64,000 nt of DNA, from the NCBI GenBank assembly GCA_963662545.2, contig CAXXLL010000003.1, positions 2,560,001-2,624,000 of the forward strand, in the 5' to 3' direction. The position numbers and the translations under genes were made by a program. Of this stretch, positions 21,187 to 33,013 are shown one piece after another (positions within the stretch are counted from its first letter, which is position 1; every line of letters begins with the position of its first letter). The stretch is from Gammaproteobacteria bacterium (lineage in GTDB: Bacteria > Pseudomonadota > Gammaproteobacteria > Ga0077536). The notes below the pieces were generated by a model that was not told the DNA's origin, made no database searches, and was given only the letters and a program-made list of their open reading frames with translations.

Positions 21187-22123
21187 CGTTGCGTGCGTGC
21201 GCTCGCTCGCTCAACTGCCATCGTGTCTTTTCGTCGTTCGCGACAACCCCTTTTGCGTCCTCAATGAATACGCCCTCGGCGACGGCGGCACGCGTTTGAT
21301 CGAGCAAGGCCTTGAGGTAGCGGTATTGTGCGGCCGCACCTTGCGGCCAGGCGCGGTCGGGTGCGCCGTGTCCCGGGATCACGAGGGCATATGGGCTCTT
21401 TGTCGCGACATCCATCCATGCGAGCCAGCCTTTGAGGCTGCCGTCCAGCACCGGCATGCGCTCCCTGAATAAGAGATCGCCGGTCCACAATGTATTGGTT
21501 TTAAGATCATGTACCGTCACGTCGGTATTCGTATGAGCGAGGTGATGGGACTCGATGATCACGAGGCGCTCACCGAGATCGATTTCGATGCGCTCCTCGA
21601 CCAGCAACTGCGGCGCGGCAAGTTTCTCCGCCATGTCGTCACCGCCCAGCTCTTCGGAGAAAAATTCAGCGAAGAATTCGCGATTGGCCGGCAGTGCCTC
21701 AGCAAGGTTTTGGTGGCCAATGAACTGGAGTTCTTGGTCTGCGAACGCGCCATTTCCGAGAACGTGGTCGAAGTGTACGTGGGTGTTGATCACGTAGCAC
21801 ACCGGTTTTTGGACTCGTTTCCGTATGGCCTGCCGGAGCCGCGTTCCCGTCGCGAAAGAGCCACCGGAGTCGACGACCGCGACACAGCGCTCGCCCTCAA
21901 TGAATCCGATGTTCGCGCTGTCGCCGCGCGCGGAGTCCTCGAGATCTGCATGCTGGCCACGGTGCAGAAAGATGCCCGGCGCGATTTCTTCCAGCACGAA
22001 ATCGCCGGGCGACGAAGCACCGGCCAGCCCCCAACCGCCCAACATGAACGACAGTGAAACAGCATGGATACGATATGACCGAGGCATGAGGTGGATCCTG
22101 CAGAGCACTCCAAACGCGATCAT
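21152..22123 (-). CDS. Exported MBL-fold metallohydrolase (quinoprotein relay system zinc metallohydrolase 2 / SoxH-like)
   Basis: ANIGFI, VDSG, NTHVHFDHVLGN, AHT..D, GDLLF, PGHG and C-terminal F.ELEWE. Confidence 0.8.
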   Translation of the reverse strand: MIAFGVLCRIHLMPRSYRIHAVSLSFMLGGWGLAGASSPGDFVLEEIAPGIFLHRGQHADLEDSARGDSANIGFIEGERCVAVVDSGGSFATGTRLRQAIRKRVQKPVCYVINTHVHFDHVLGNGAFADQELQFIGHQNLAEALPANREFFAEFFSEELGGDDMAEKLAAPQLLVEERIEIDLGERLVIIESHHLAHTNTDVTVHDLKTNTLWTGDLLFRERMPVLDGSLKGWLAWMDVATKSPYALVIPGHGAPDRAWPQGAAAQYRYLKALLDQTRAAVAEGVFIEDAKGVVANDEKTRWQLSERAHARNVSRAFRELEWE

Positions 22124-22153
22124 AACCGCTTGCGCGCGGCGCCCGCAGGCAGA

Positions 22154-23011
22154 TCAGGAATTCGCTGCGGTTGGCAGGGTTTCGGGATAGGCTTCGCGCG
22201 CGGCGGTGAGATTGCCGTAGAGATGCGCGACGATGTCCCGGCCGTCGGCCGTCTGTTCCAGGAAACGCACGGCCTCCGCAATGTAGGGCTGCACGCTCGA
22301 TTCGAAAAACGCAGGATAGCCTATCAGAAGATCACCCGGGCATTCATAGCCCATGGACTCATTGAATCCAACTTCTTCGAATTCGAAGAAGATGGCGGAA
22401 AGTTTGTTCAAATACCGGGGGTCGCTCAACTGCCCAATGAGATCGGCGGCTCGAACAAGCCCCGGATAATCATCGGTCTGCGCATACCAGGGATCATCGG
22501 GTACGGGAAAGCGGGTGCGCTCGATACAAGCGTTTACGAAACCGATATCGGTCAGGCGGCTGTCAATGAACTGCTCCTCCACGAACCGCTTGCCGCGATT
22601 AACGTGAATCGGCATCAATACCGCGTCGCTGCGGCCGACAACGACGTCAAAGGGCTGACCGTCGATGCCGGTGGCGAGCGTACTCGCCGTATCGGAGCGG
22701 CACAGCCCGCGCGCGTATCCGATGTCGTGGCAGAGCAAGGCGATGACGACGTTACTCCAGATCTCGGGCGTCACCACGCCCTCGGTTCGCTGTTTGCCGC
22801 GCAGTAAGTGCAGTCCGACGAGGGTCACGTGGGCAGTGTGTTCGACGTTGTGATAGAGCGCGTCACTCGTACCGATCCAATCAAACGCCGTCCCGGCAAA
22901 ACGCAGCACATGATCGAGGGACGCGGCCGGCGCCTGCGGGTAGATCTCGCGGTAGTGCTCTGCCGCCGTGTCGCTGACGATCGAAGTCAGTACTTTCGTG
23001 ACGTTTAACAT
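22154..23011 (-). CDS. HD-domain metal-dependent phosphohydrolase (Npun_R2479-like)
   Basis: DALYHNVEHT, LLCHDIGY, HVNRGK, TRFPVP and RAADLIGQL.DP.Y. Confidence 0.75.
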   Translation of the reverse strand: MLNVTKVLTSIVSDTAAEHYREIYPQAPAASLDHVLRFAGTAFDWIGTSDALYHNVEHTAHVTLVGLHLLRGKQRTEGVVTPEIWSNVVIALLCHDIGYARGLCRSDTASTLATGIDGQPFDVVVGRSDAVLMPIHVNRGKRFVEEQFIDSRLTDIGFVNACIERTRFPVPDDPWYAQTDDYPGLVRAADLIGQLSDPRYLNKLSAIFFEFEEVGFNESMGYECPGDLLIGYPAFFESSVQPYIAEAVRFLEQTADGRDIVAHLYGNLTAAREAYPETLPTAANS

Positions 23012-23247
23012 TCAGCATACGCCGCTGTCATTTATGCAGGGTCGGCCATACGTCGACGTATGGCGGCTGCCCTCTAATTAGGGAAAAGTATAGGCACCGC
23101 CCACGAACCTGTCCTTGTAAATACGGCCGTTTTGTGACGAACTTGAATTAATGCTGTCCCGCTTTCCGGGGTGGCCGGGATGCAGGCGTGAGCACACCGT
23201 AACTCTTTGCAATCACAGGTAATTTCGAACAAGAAATTGGAAGAACC

Positions 23248-23961
23248 ATGATCGAAGAACTGATCACCTACCAACATCGCGGCACCACGCTCGAGGCTTA
23301 TCTCGCCTACGACGAGTCGCGCGACGGTCCGCTGCCAGGCATCTTGATCGCGCATGCCTGGAGCGGGCGCGGTGAACTCGAATGTGCCAGGGCCAGGGCG
23401 CTCGCCGGACAGGGATACGCGGGTATCGCACTCGACCTGTATGGCAAGGGGATACTCGGCAGCGGCCCCGAGGAAAATGCTGGGCTCATGCAACCCTTCA
23501 TGGAAGATCGAGGTTTCCTGCAGGATCGCCTGAGCGCTGCGCTCGCGGCCCTACAGGCACGGTCTGAAGTGGACGAGGACCGGATCGCTGCGATCGGCTT
23601 TTGTTTCGGCGGTCTCTGCGTGCTCGATCTGGCGAGAACCGGTGTCGAAATCCGCGGTGTCGTCAGTTTTCACGGCTTGCTGGGCAAGCCGGGTAATACG
23701 GACGGCATCCCGATCAAGGCCAAGGTGCTGGTCCTCCACGGCCATGACGACCCAATGGCACCCGTCGCGCAGGTCCTCGACATCGAAAACGAACTGACGG
23801 AGGCCGGCGCCGACTGGCAGATCCATGTCTATGGCAACACCCTGCATTCGTTCACCAACCCCAAGGCGAACGATCCGGAAATGGGTACGGTCTACAACGA
23901 GGCCGCCGACCGCCGCTCCTGGATGACGCTACTGAACTTCCTCGACGAGGTGCTGCGGTAG
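23248..23961 (+). CDS. Dienelactone hydrolase family protein
   Basis: GFCFGG nucleophile elbow, SFHG, HGHDDP and HSFT. Confidence 0.92.
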   Translation: MIEELITYQHRGTTLEAYLAYDESRDGPLPGILIAHAWSGRGELECARARALAGQGYAGIALDLYGKGILGSGPEENAGLMQPFMEDRGFLQDRLSAALAALQARSEVDEDRIAAIGFCFGGLCVLDLARTGVEIRGVVSFHGLLGKPGNTDGIPIKAKVLVLHGHDDPMAPVAQVLDIENELTEAGADWQIHVYGNTLHSFTNPKANDPEMGTVYNEAADRRSWMTLLNFLDEVLR

Positions 23962-25041
23962 TCGCAGCACTTCACTCGTTCTGGTAAAAACTGCCGGCGG
24001 TACGCCCAGGGCGGCCTTGAGCGCAATATCGCGATCGAGCGGATTGTGGAGGGTCGCCGAATAGCGCAATTCGGCGAACGGCGCGCTGCCGAGATGCCAC
24101 CACCGCCAGACCAGGGGAAAGAATTGTAGCGGCCAGTCGCTGCCGTAAACCATGCGCTCCGCCACCCCTGCCGTGGCGAGCGCCCGGCGCAGATATCCAC
24201 GCTTGTTGATCTGGGTGAGACTCGAAATATCGGTGTACAGATTCGGATAATTCAGCAGCATGGGTATCAATCGATCGAAGTTTCCCTCGCCGTTATTGTG
24301 CCCGGTCGTCCCGATATGGGCGGCGATAATCGTGACGCCTTGTTCGAGCGGCGCGATCAGGCGCTCGGGATCGCCGAGTCTGTTGTCCGCATGATGAAAT
24401 GCGTTCTCGTCTCCCACATGCACGAGCAGTGGCAGGTCGAGGGCTATGAGCAGCTCGTAGAATGGCTGTAGCTCGTGGTTGGCCGGGTCGATGTCCATGA
24501 TGGACGGTATCCACTTGACCAGCACTGCGCCGTCCCGCTTCGCCTGCTCTAGCCGCTCGCGCCAATCGAGTCGGTGGGGATTGATGCTCGCGCCGAACAG
24601 AAACTCTTCATGTCTGGCGGCTATTCCTGCGACGTATTCGTTGGGGATAAATAACTGGGTCGCCTGTTTATCGAGCCGGCCCTGTTCATCGATGACGCCG
24701 TCGAGGGCGAGCAGCACGGCTTGACGGATCCAGCGCGAACTCCGGATGTGCTCGCGTAAACGCTCCGCGACGACGACATCACCTTTATCTGTCATTTCCT
24801 CGGACGAGGTGCCGAATGCGCGCAGATACCATTTAAATTTGTAGCCCTCCAGCAGGTCCGTGGATACGTAACAGGTCTCGCAGCCGTGTCCCAACCCCGC
24901 CACGTGGGCGTGCATGTCGATCACGCTCTTGGCCGGCGGCAGCGGTTGTGGTGCCCGCGGCGCCAAAAACACGAAGAGCCCGGCAGCGAGCAGCGCCACT
25001 GCAAAAGCACTGGCAATAATGAGTCGAACGATCGAAGACAC
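23929..25041 (-). CDS. Membrane-anchored amidohydrolase family protein
   Basis: N-terminal TM segment; IDMHAH, SINP, LLVHVG, AAH, TDISS and YGSDWP. Confidence 0.82.
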   Translation of the reverse strand: MSSIVRLIIASAFAVALLAAGLFVFLAPRAPQPLPPAKSVIDMHAHVAGLGHGCETCYVSTDLLEGYKFKWYLRAFGTSSEEMTDKGDVVVAERLREHIRSSRWIRQAVLLALDGVIDEQGRLDKQATQLFIPNEYVAGIAARHEEFLFGASINPHRLDWRERLEQAKRDGAVLVKWIPSIMDIDPANHELQPFYELLIALDLPLLVHVGDENAFHHADNRLGDPERLIAPLEQGVTIIAAHIGTTGHNNGEGNFDRLIPMLLNYPNLYTDISSLTQINKRGYLRRALATAGVAERMVYGSDWPLQFFPLVWRWWHLGSAPFAELRYSATLHNPLDRDIALKAALGVPPAVFTRTSEVLRLPQHLVEEVQ

Positions 25042-25048
25042 GGGAAAA

Positions 25049-26233
25049 CTAAGCCGCGCGGAGCAAGAGCGGCAGCCTCGCGGGCGCGTGAACGGCGTTC
25101 GCGGGGCGCCATTCAGCCTCGCCTGCCGGCTCTATCGAATCTACATGACGCAGTAATGCTGAGAGCAAGGCGAAAGCTTCCTGCCGCGCGACATGCTGCC
25201 CGACACAGACGTGGATGCCGCTGCCGAAAGCGACGTGAGGACGCGACGAACGCGTTATATCGAACGTATCAGGGCGATCCCACCGGCGAGGATCGCGATT
25301 GGCTGCTGCAATGATGCACATGATCTTTGTCCCTTCGGCGAGTTCAACGTCGTCGAGCCGAGTATCGTTCGCGATCGTTCGGCAAAACGTGTGAATGGGC
25401 GACTCGAAGCGCAGGACCTCTTCAATGGCCGCCGACGCCCGCGAGTGATCGGCTTTGAGCGTTTCCCATGCGTGTGGATGGTTCGCGAAGGAGTAGAGCA
25501 TGTTGCCGATCGTGGCGACGGTCGTGTCGATGCCGGCTGACAACAGTGAACGTACGAGCAGTGAAGCCTCCTCTTCGGTGATGTCGCCGGTGTCGCAGGC
25601 CGCGTATATGGTGTGTCCGAAACCGTCCGCCTTGAGTGCTTCGTGCCGACACCTCGCGGTGATCCAGGGCACGACCAGTTCGGCACAAGCCATCGAATCG
25701 CGCCTGATTTGATTATCGGGCCCGAGTGCATCGAACACCATCCGACCGTAACGCAGCAGATTGCTTCGATCGCCGTCCTCCAGGCCAACAGCATCGGCGA
25801 ATACTTTGAGCGGGTAGGCCTCGGCCAGATCGGCCACCCCATCGACCTCGCCGCATTCGATTGCGCGCGACACGCATGCTTCGGCCTCGATGGCGAAGCG
25901 ATCCTGCATCGACTTTACGGCTTTTGGTGACATGGCGCGCGCCATGACTGTGCGCGTGCGTTCGTGCGCCGGCGGATCGACTTCGAGAATGATGCTTGGC
26001 GGTCGCCAGGAAGATTCCTTTTTGAAGTCGGCCAGACCGACGCCGCGCGAGGAGCGGAACGTCTTCCAGTCGCGAAAAACCTGCTCGACGAGATCGATAC
26101 GTGCGACGGCACAGACATCGTAGCGGTCTATTCGAACTACCGGTCCGAACTCACGCACCTGCCGATAGTAATCGTAAGGAGCGAGCAGCAATGCCGGTGA
26201 ATAGGGGTCGACGTCGAGGGTCGGCAGGTTCAT
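25049..26233 (-). CDS. Cytochrome P450, CYP199A-like (4-methoxybenzoate O-demethylase type)
   Basis: SSRGVGLADFKKESSWRPPSIILEVDPPAH, LLVRSLLSAGIDTT, E..R and FGSGIHVCVG heme motif, close to my recollection of CYP199A2/A4. Confidence 0.88.
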   Translation of the reverse strand: MNLPTLDVDPYSPALLLAPYDYYRQVREFGPVVRIDRYDVCAVARIDLVEQVFRDWKTFRSSRGVGLADFKKESSWRPPSIILEVDPPAHERTRTVMARAMSPKAVKSMQDRFAIEAEACVSRAIECGEVDGVADLAEAYPLKVFADAVGLEDGDRSNLLRYGRMVFDALGPDNQIRRDSMACAELVVPWITARCRHEALKADGFGHTIYAACDTGDITEEEASLLVRSLLSAGIDTTVATIGNMLYSFANHPHAWETLKADHSRASAAIEEVLRFESPIHTFCRTIANDTRLDDVELAEGTKIMCIIAAANRDPRRWDRPDTFDITRSSRPHVAFGSGIHVCVGQHVARQEAFALLSALLRHVDSIEPAGEAEWRPANAVHAPARLPLLLRAA

Positions 26234-26332
26234 TGGCTTTAAAAATGACGGAAATTTCGAGGCAGGTCTTTCGCCCATCGCGCCGCTGGTTTTGCTTGAC
26301 GCCGCACGCCCTTGCTGCGAGCGTTCGCGCAC

Positions 26333-26719
26333 TCAGGATCCGGCGTCGATCGAATCGAATACCTCGGTTGCGAGTTTGAACGCCGTATTCGACGCTGGCA
26401 CCCCGCAGTAAATCGCGGCGTGCAACAACACCTCCTTGATCTCGTCGCGCGTCAGGCCGTTGTTGAGGGCCGCGCGAATGTGGAGCTGGAATTCCTCGCT
26501 GCGGTTGAGCGCGATCAAAAGCGACAGGGTCATGAAACTGCGGGTACGGCGATCGAGACCGTCGCGCTGCCAGACCTCACCCCAGGCGTAACGGGTGATG
26601 AGATCCTGGAAATCGGCATTGAACTCGGTCTTGTTGGCCTCGGCCCGGTCGACGTGGGCATCGCCCAGGACCGCGCGCCGCGTCGCCAAGCCTCGGGCTT
26701 TGCGTTCTTCGTCGTTCAC
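26333..26719 (-). CDS. pcaC: 4-carboxymuconolactone decarboxylase
   Basis: GTG start overlapping the pcaD stop; RRAVLGDAHVDRA, FQDLITRYAWGEVW and AIYCGVPA. Confidence 0.93.
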   Translation of the reverse strand: MNDEERKARGLATRRAVLGDAHVDRAEANKTEFNADFQDLITRYAWGEVWQRDGLDRRTRSFMTLSLLIALNRSEEFQLHIRAALNNGLTRDEIKEVLLHAAIYCGVPASNTAFKLATEVFDSIDAGS

Positions 26720-27489
26720 AGAAAGTCTCCCAGAGCGGTGTTGAAATTGGCGGCGCGTTCGATGTTCGAAAGGTGAGCGGATTCGAGATTCACGAGCTGC
26801 GCACCCGGGATCGAGTCGGCCAGGAACTGCGTATTCTCGGGCGGTGTCGCCGGATCGGAAAGGCCGCCGATGACGAGCGTCGCCGCCGCGATCGACGCCA
26901 GGCCTGCGCGTTGGTCCATGTCGCGGATCGCCGCACAACAGCCGGCGTAGCCAGCCGCTGCCGTCGCCAACAAGCCATCCTCGATGCGCTTCACGTCGAC
27001 CGGACAACGCTCGCGGAACTCGGCGGTAAACCAACGCTCCAGCAGGATTGGCACCAAAGCGGCCATGCCTTCGTTTCTGACCAGGTCGATGCGCGACTGC
27101 CAGGCCTCGGGCTGCCCGAGATACGCCGAGGTATTGGCCATGACGAGCTTGTCGATACGGTCGGGCGCGTTCGCGCCGAGCCACATCGCAACCATGCCGC
27201 CTTTCGAGACACCGCACACCGAAGCGTTCTCGATTCCCAGGTGATCCATGAGCGCCACCGCATCCCGGCCAAGTTGATCCATGGTGTAATCGGCGTCCGG
27301 GGCTTCCGAGCGCCCGTGTCCACGACTGTCGTAACGCACGACCCGAAATCTCGATTCGAGCAGTTCCATCTGCGGCCACCACATGTCGAGTGAAGTGCCG
27401 AGCGAATTCGAAAGCAGGAGGCTGGGCCCGTCGTCGCATCCGCTGACTTCGTAGTAAAGGCCGATCCCGTTGACCTGTGCTTTAGGCAT
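26716..27489 (-). CDS. pcaD: 3-oxoadipate enol-lactonase
   Basis: LSNSLGT, RYD.RGHG, GVSKGG, RWFT, GYAGCCAAIRD and AHLSNIE. Confidence 0.93.
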   Translation of the reverse strand: MPKAQVNGIGLYYEVSGCDDGPSLLLSNSLGTSLDMWWPQMELLESRFRVVRYDSRGHGRSEAPDADYTMDQLGRDAVALMDHLGIENASVCGVSKGGMVAMWLGANAPDRIDKLVMANTSAYLGQPEAWQSRIDLVRNEGMAALVPILLERWFTAEFRERCPVDVKRIEDGLLATAAAGYAGCCAAIRDMDQRAGLASIAAATLVIGGLSDPATPPENTQFLADSIPGAQLVNLESAHLSNIERAANFNTALGDFL

Positions 27490-28819
27490 TTTCGTACCTC
27501 TCTATCACCTCGTCGATGAAGGTCTCGATCACGCCCGTGTATTGCAGCGGATCCATGGCTTTTGCGAGCCCGTCCCGGCCCAGGTGTTCGCCAACCGCGG
27601 TATTTTCCGCGAGCACCTGTTCGAGTCTGCGGCCTTCGATCAACGCCACCTCTGAAGCCGCTTTGACCAGCGCCTGCGCTTGATCCCGCCCCAGGGTTCC
27701 GGCGAGCGCAACCGCCACCGCCTCGGCCATGACCAGCCCCTTCGTCCTGTCCAGGTTTTCACGCATCGCCTCGACATCGACCTCGAGACCATCGAGTGCC
27801 TTGTCGAGTTGCTCCAGTGCGGCACCGACGGTGGCGAAGAGATCGCGAACCGTCAGCCATTCCGCCTGCCAGGCGCCCGCAGCGCGTTCATTCTCGTGAT
27901 CGAAATCAGCAAACAGGCTGGCGATGAATCCCGGTACCCGGCGAACGCAGGCTGATACGCCGATCGACGCGACCGGATTGCGCTTGTGCGGAAAAGTCGA
28001 CGATCCGCCGCGTCCCGCGGCAGCCGCTTCGCGGAGTTCGGCCACGTCCGTTTGCATCATGAACAGTAAATCGGTCGCTATCTTGCCCGCACTCGCTGCC
28101 AGCATGCTAATCGAACTCGCGACCAGTCTGACCGGGCTGCGGTCCGTGTGCCAGGGAAGGCCCGGCCGTAAGCTGAGTTCCGCCGCCATGGCTTGCCGCA
28201 GTTCGATGCCCCGATCGCCAAGCGCTGCGAGCGTTCCAGCGCCGCCGCCGAACTGCAACGGGAGTGCATCCGTCAGGGCCGCGATCCGCTCGCGGCCGTC
28301 GAGCATCGCCTGCAGCCACAGCGCCACCTTGTACCCGAAAATTGTCGGCGATGCATGCTGCGACAGTGTCCGGGCGACCATGGGCGTGTGCCGATGATCG
28401 CGAACCAGGCTCGCTAGTGATTCGATGATGCGAACGACGCTTTGATCGAGCAGTTCGATGCCCGCCCGGCACTGCAGTATACCGGCGTTATCCACGACGT
28501 CCTGGCTGGTCGATCCCCAGTGAACATAGCGCGCCGCTTCCGCGTCGAGCGCAGCTACCTGCCCGGTCAGGAGTTTGACCAATCCTACCGCGGGATTCGT
28601 CGATTCAGACGTCAAGGCCTGGAGTTCGCCGATGCTGTAGTGCTGCGGATCGCAGGCGACCCCGATGACATCTGCGGCGGCTTGCGGAATGATGCCGAGC
28701 TCGGCTTGCGATTTCGCCAGCGCGGCTTCGAAGACCAGCATCTTCTCCAGCGTCGAGTGCGCGCCGAAACAGGCCGCCAGCGCATGCGAATTCAGATAGC
28801 CGTCGGTCAGTGAATCCAT
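27482..28819 (-). CDS. pcaB: 3-carboxy-cis,cis-muconate cycloisomerase
   Basis: FEAALA, HWGSTSQD, LQFGG.AGTL, WHTDR, GGSSTFPHKRNP and ERAAGAWQAEW; pca context. Confidence 0.92.
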   Translation of the reverse strand: MDSLTDGYLNSHALAACFGAHSTLEKMLVFEAALAKSQAELGIIPQAAADVIGVACDPQHYSIGELQALTSESTNPAVGLVKLLTGQVAALDAEAARYVHWGSTSQDVVDNAGILQCRAGIELLDQSVVRIIESLASLVRDHRHTPMVARTLSQHASPTIFGYKVALWLQAMLDGRERIAALTDALPLQFGGGAGTLAALGDRGIELRQAMAAELSLRPGLPWHTDRSPVRLVASSISMLAASAGKIATDLLFMMQTDVAELREAAAAGRGGSSTFPHKRNPVASIGVSACVRRVPGFIASLFADFDHENERAAGAWQAEWLTVRDLFATVGAALEQLDKALDGLEVDVEAMRENLDRTKGLVMAEAVAVALAGTLGRDQAQALVKAASEVALIEGRRLEQVLAENTAVGEHLGRDGLAKAMDPLQYTGVIETFIDEVIERYENA

Positions 28820-28890
28820 GCTCGATTCCGGTTTATTCGGGCGCCTTCGCGTTCGTGTGATTATCGTTGTAGGCGGCGGGTTCGGCCAGT

Positions 28891-30603
<1,713 letters not shown>

Positions 30604-30607
<4 letters not shown>

Positions 30608-31320
30608 GCTTCATCCTCCCAGGGCATTTCGTCGGCCCCACGGATGCCGATGTCGAAGCGGTAGGCCATGGCGTAGTCGGGCACCGATCGGTCGATATCG
30701 AACACAGAAATCATGCGCTTGCGGGCTGACTCGTCGGCCGTTCCCATGAAGATCGGGTCCAGTGGCAGGGTCGGATCGCCGGGGAAATACATCTGGGTCA
30801 CGAGTCGCGTCGCCCAGGCCGGCCCGAACAGGGAAAAGTGGATGTGCTTCGGCCGCCAGGCATTGTGGTGATTCGGCCAGGGATAGGCACCCGGTTCAAT
30901 GGTCGTGAACTCGTAGTAGCCCTCCTCGTTCGTCACCACCTGGCCGGTACCGATGAAATAGGGGTCGAGCGGCGCATCGTGCGTATCACCGTCGTGCCGG
31001 TAGCGCCCGGCGGCGTTCGCCTGCCACAACTCGATCAGCGCGCCGCGCTCAGGCCGATTACGATCATCGGTGACGCGGCCGAATACGATGATGCGTTGAC
31101 CCTGCGCAGTTCCATCCGGCACCTGCCGGGTCAGATCTTGTGCGCCTTCGCGCAGTTTTTCGCGACCGAACCGCGGACCCGTGATCTCCGAGGCGGTATG
31201 CGGGATTGTGATCGCCGCCTCAAACGGCGCGCGTTTTTCGCTCGATCGGTATGCAGGATAATCGTTATCGGGATAAACCCCGTCCGGTACGCTCGGGTAT
31301 ACGCGAATCATTTTCGTCAC
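30604..31320 (-). CDS. pcaH: Protocatechuate 3,4-dioxygenase beta subunit
   Basis: WQANAAGRYRH, PGAYPW.NH.NAWRP.HIHFS and RLVTQMYF iron-ligand motifs. Confidence 0.95.
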
Positions 31321-31992
31321 TCAGGCCGCTACGGTGCTCAATCGGCGGCAATCGTCTGCGAAGGTCAAAGATGCGGCCGTCATCGATTGCAGTTTCTCGC
31401 CGCTCATACCCTCTACCATCGCGGTCACATAAAGCCCCTCCGGCATCACGTCGATCACGGCCAGATCGGAATAGATCCGGTTGACGCAGGCGACGCCGGT
31501 CAGAGGTAAAGTACAGGTTTCCACGACCTTTGCCCCACCTTGTTTGTTAACGTGGCTAGCCAACATGACCCAGACCTGCTTGGCGCCGGCGACGAGATCC
31601 ATCGCGCCGCCCACCGCAGGCGGTTTCGGTCCCGGCAACGCCCAGTTGGCGATGTCACCGTTGGCGGCGACTTCATAGGCTCCGAGAATGGAGACGTCGA
31701 CGTGCCCGCCGCGAATCATGACGAAGGAATCGGCGTGATGAAAGTACGATCCGCCCGGCAGGATCGTGACCGGTTGCTTCCCGGCATTGATGATATCTGG
31801 ATCGACTGCGTCTTCCGCGGGCGCCGGCCCCATGCCGAGCAGACCGTTTTCGGAATGCAGGACGAACTCCTTTCCCTGCGGCACGTGGTCGGCGACCTTC
31901 ATCGGCATGCCGATGCCGAGATTGACGTAACTGCCATCCGCAATATCGGCTGCAACGCAGCGAGCGATGTCAGCGGCGGACAGTTTCATCAT
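31321..31992 (-). CDS. pcaJ: 3-oxoadipate CoA-transferase subunit B
   Basis: VNLGIGMP, HSENG, INAGK, IRGGH, GGAMDL and CTLPLT. Confidence 0.92.
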   Translation of the reverse strand: MMKLSAADIARCVAADIADGSYVNLGIGMPMKVADHVPQGKEFVLHSENGLLGMGPAPAEDAVDPDIINAGKQPVTILPGGSYFHHADSFVMIRGGHVDVSILGAYEVAANGDIANWALPGPKPPAVGGAMDLVAGAKQVWVMLASHVNKQGGAKVVETCTLPLTGVACVNRIYSDLAVIDVMPEGLYVTAMVEGMSGEKLQSMTAASLTFADDCRRLSTVAA

Positions 31993-32660
31993 CGTGCGCC
32001 TACTTCGACCATGCGGTCGACGAAAATTCCGGGCGTCACCACGACCTCGGGATCGACCCTATCGACGAAAGTCCTTACCTCGGCGAGCGTCGTCGACGCC
32101 GCCATCGCCATGATCGGGTTGAAATTGCGCGAGGTCTTGGCGTAAGTCAGATTACCCCAGCGATCACCCGTATTTGCGTGAATCAATGCAATGTCCGCCC
32201 GAATTGCGTGCTCCATGATGAAATGGCGACCATCGAAATCGCGGTTTTCCTTGCCTTCGGCCAAGGACGTGCCGTAGGCCGTCGCCGTATAAAAGGCGGG
32301 TATGCCTGCGCCCCCGGCCCGGATCCGTTCGGCGAGTGTTCCCTGCGGGACGATCTCCAGATCGATCTTTCCCGCCGCATAAAGATCCTCGAAAATGGTC
32401 AAGCCGGCAGAACGCGGAAACGAGCACACCATCTTGCTGACGCACCCGGCCTTGATCAGGAGTGCCAGACCGTATTCGCCGGAACCGGCGTTGTTGCTGA
32501 CCACGGTGAGGTTCTCCAGGCCCAAATCCCGCACTGCATACACGAGCTGCTCCGGTACGCCGGCATCGCCGAAGCCGCCGATCAGAACCTTCGCGCCGTT
32601 TTTGAGATCGGGGCAATCGGCGACGGCATCCGTAACACTCTGCCTGCGTTTGTCGATCAA
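31989..32660 (-). CDS. pcaI: 3-oxoadipate CoA-transferase subunit A
   Basis: MIDK, IGGFG.AG, SNNAG, CSFPR, PQGTLAERIRAGGAG, RNFNP and VVTPGIFV. Confidence 0.92.
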   Translation of the reverse strand: MIDKRRQSVTDAVADCPDLKNGAKVLIGGFGDAGVPEQLVYAVRDLGLENLTVVSNNAGSGEYGLALLIKAGCVSKMVCSFPRSAGLTIFEDLYAAGKIDLEIVPQGTLAERIRAGGAGIPAFYTATAYGTSLAEGKENRDFDGRHFIMEHAIRADIALIHANTGDRWGNLTYAKTSRNFNPIMAMAASTTLAEVRTFVDRVDPEVVVTPGIFVDRMVEVGAR

Positions 32661-32843
32661 TGCGTCGACCCTTTGTTGGTCTTGATATTCGCTTTCGACA
32701 CGACCCGCGGCCCGTTTACGCGAACGAGAGCAGGCTCACAGCATGCGACCGGGAACGCATCGTCCCCGATGCAGCGGAATCGATTATTGCAGGAACCGGA
32801 CCGCATACGCTACACGCAGGACTCCGCCCTTTGTACTACACTC

Positions 32844-32857
32844 CGAACTGCGGTTCG
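32844..32857. promoter_or_regulatory. Candidate IclR-family (PcaR/PobR-like) operator in the divergent pca / flavocytochrome promoter
   Basis: Palindrome CGAAC-TGCG-GTTCG; the GTTCG half-site resembles PcaR/PobR boxes. Confidence 0.3.
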
Positions 32858-33013
32858 AGGCACCGTTGTCTATTCAGGATTTGTTGATATTGCAGGCGAT
32901 GTTCTGACAATGCTAACGGAATCCAAACGAGACCGCCGAACCGAAATAAGTAAAATGTCCCCGTATTTCCGCTGTTGTTCGGCTCTCGCGTTGACCATAC
33001 GGAATCAACCACC

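Noticed and set aside
26720-27439. 368-aa ORF 26333..27439 as a PcaD-PcaC fusion
   Set aside because: The N-terminal part is an off-frame overlap of pcaD; PcaC similarity starts at GTG 26719.
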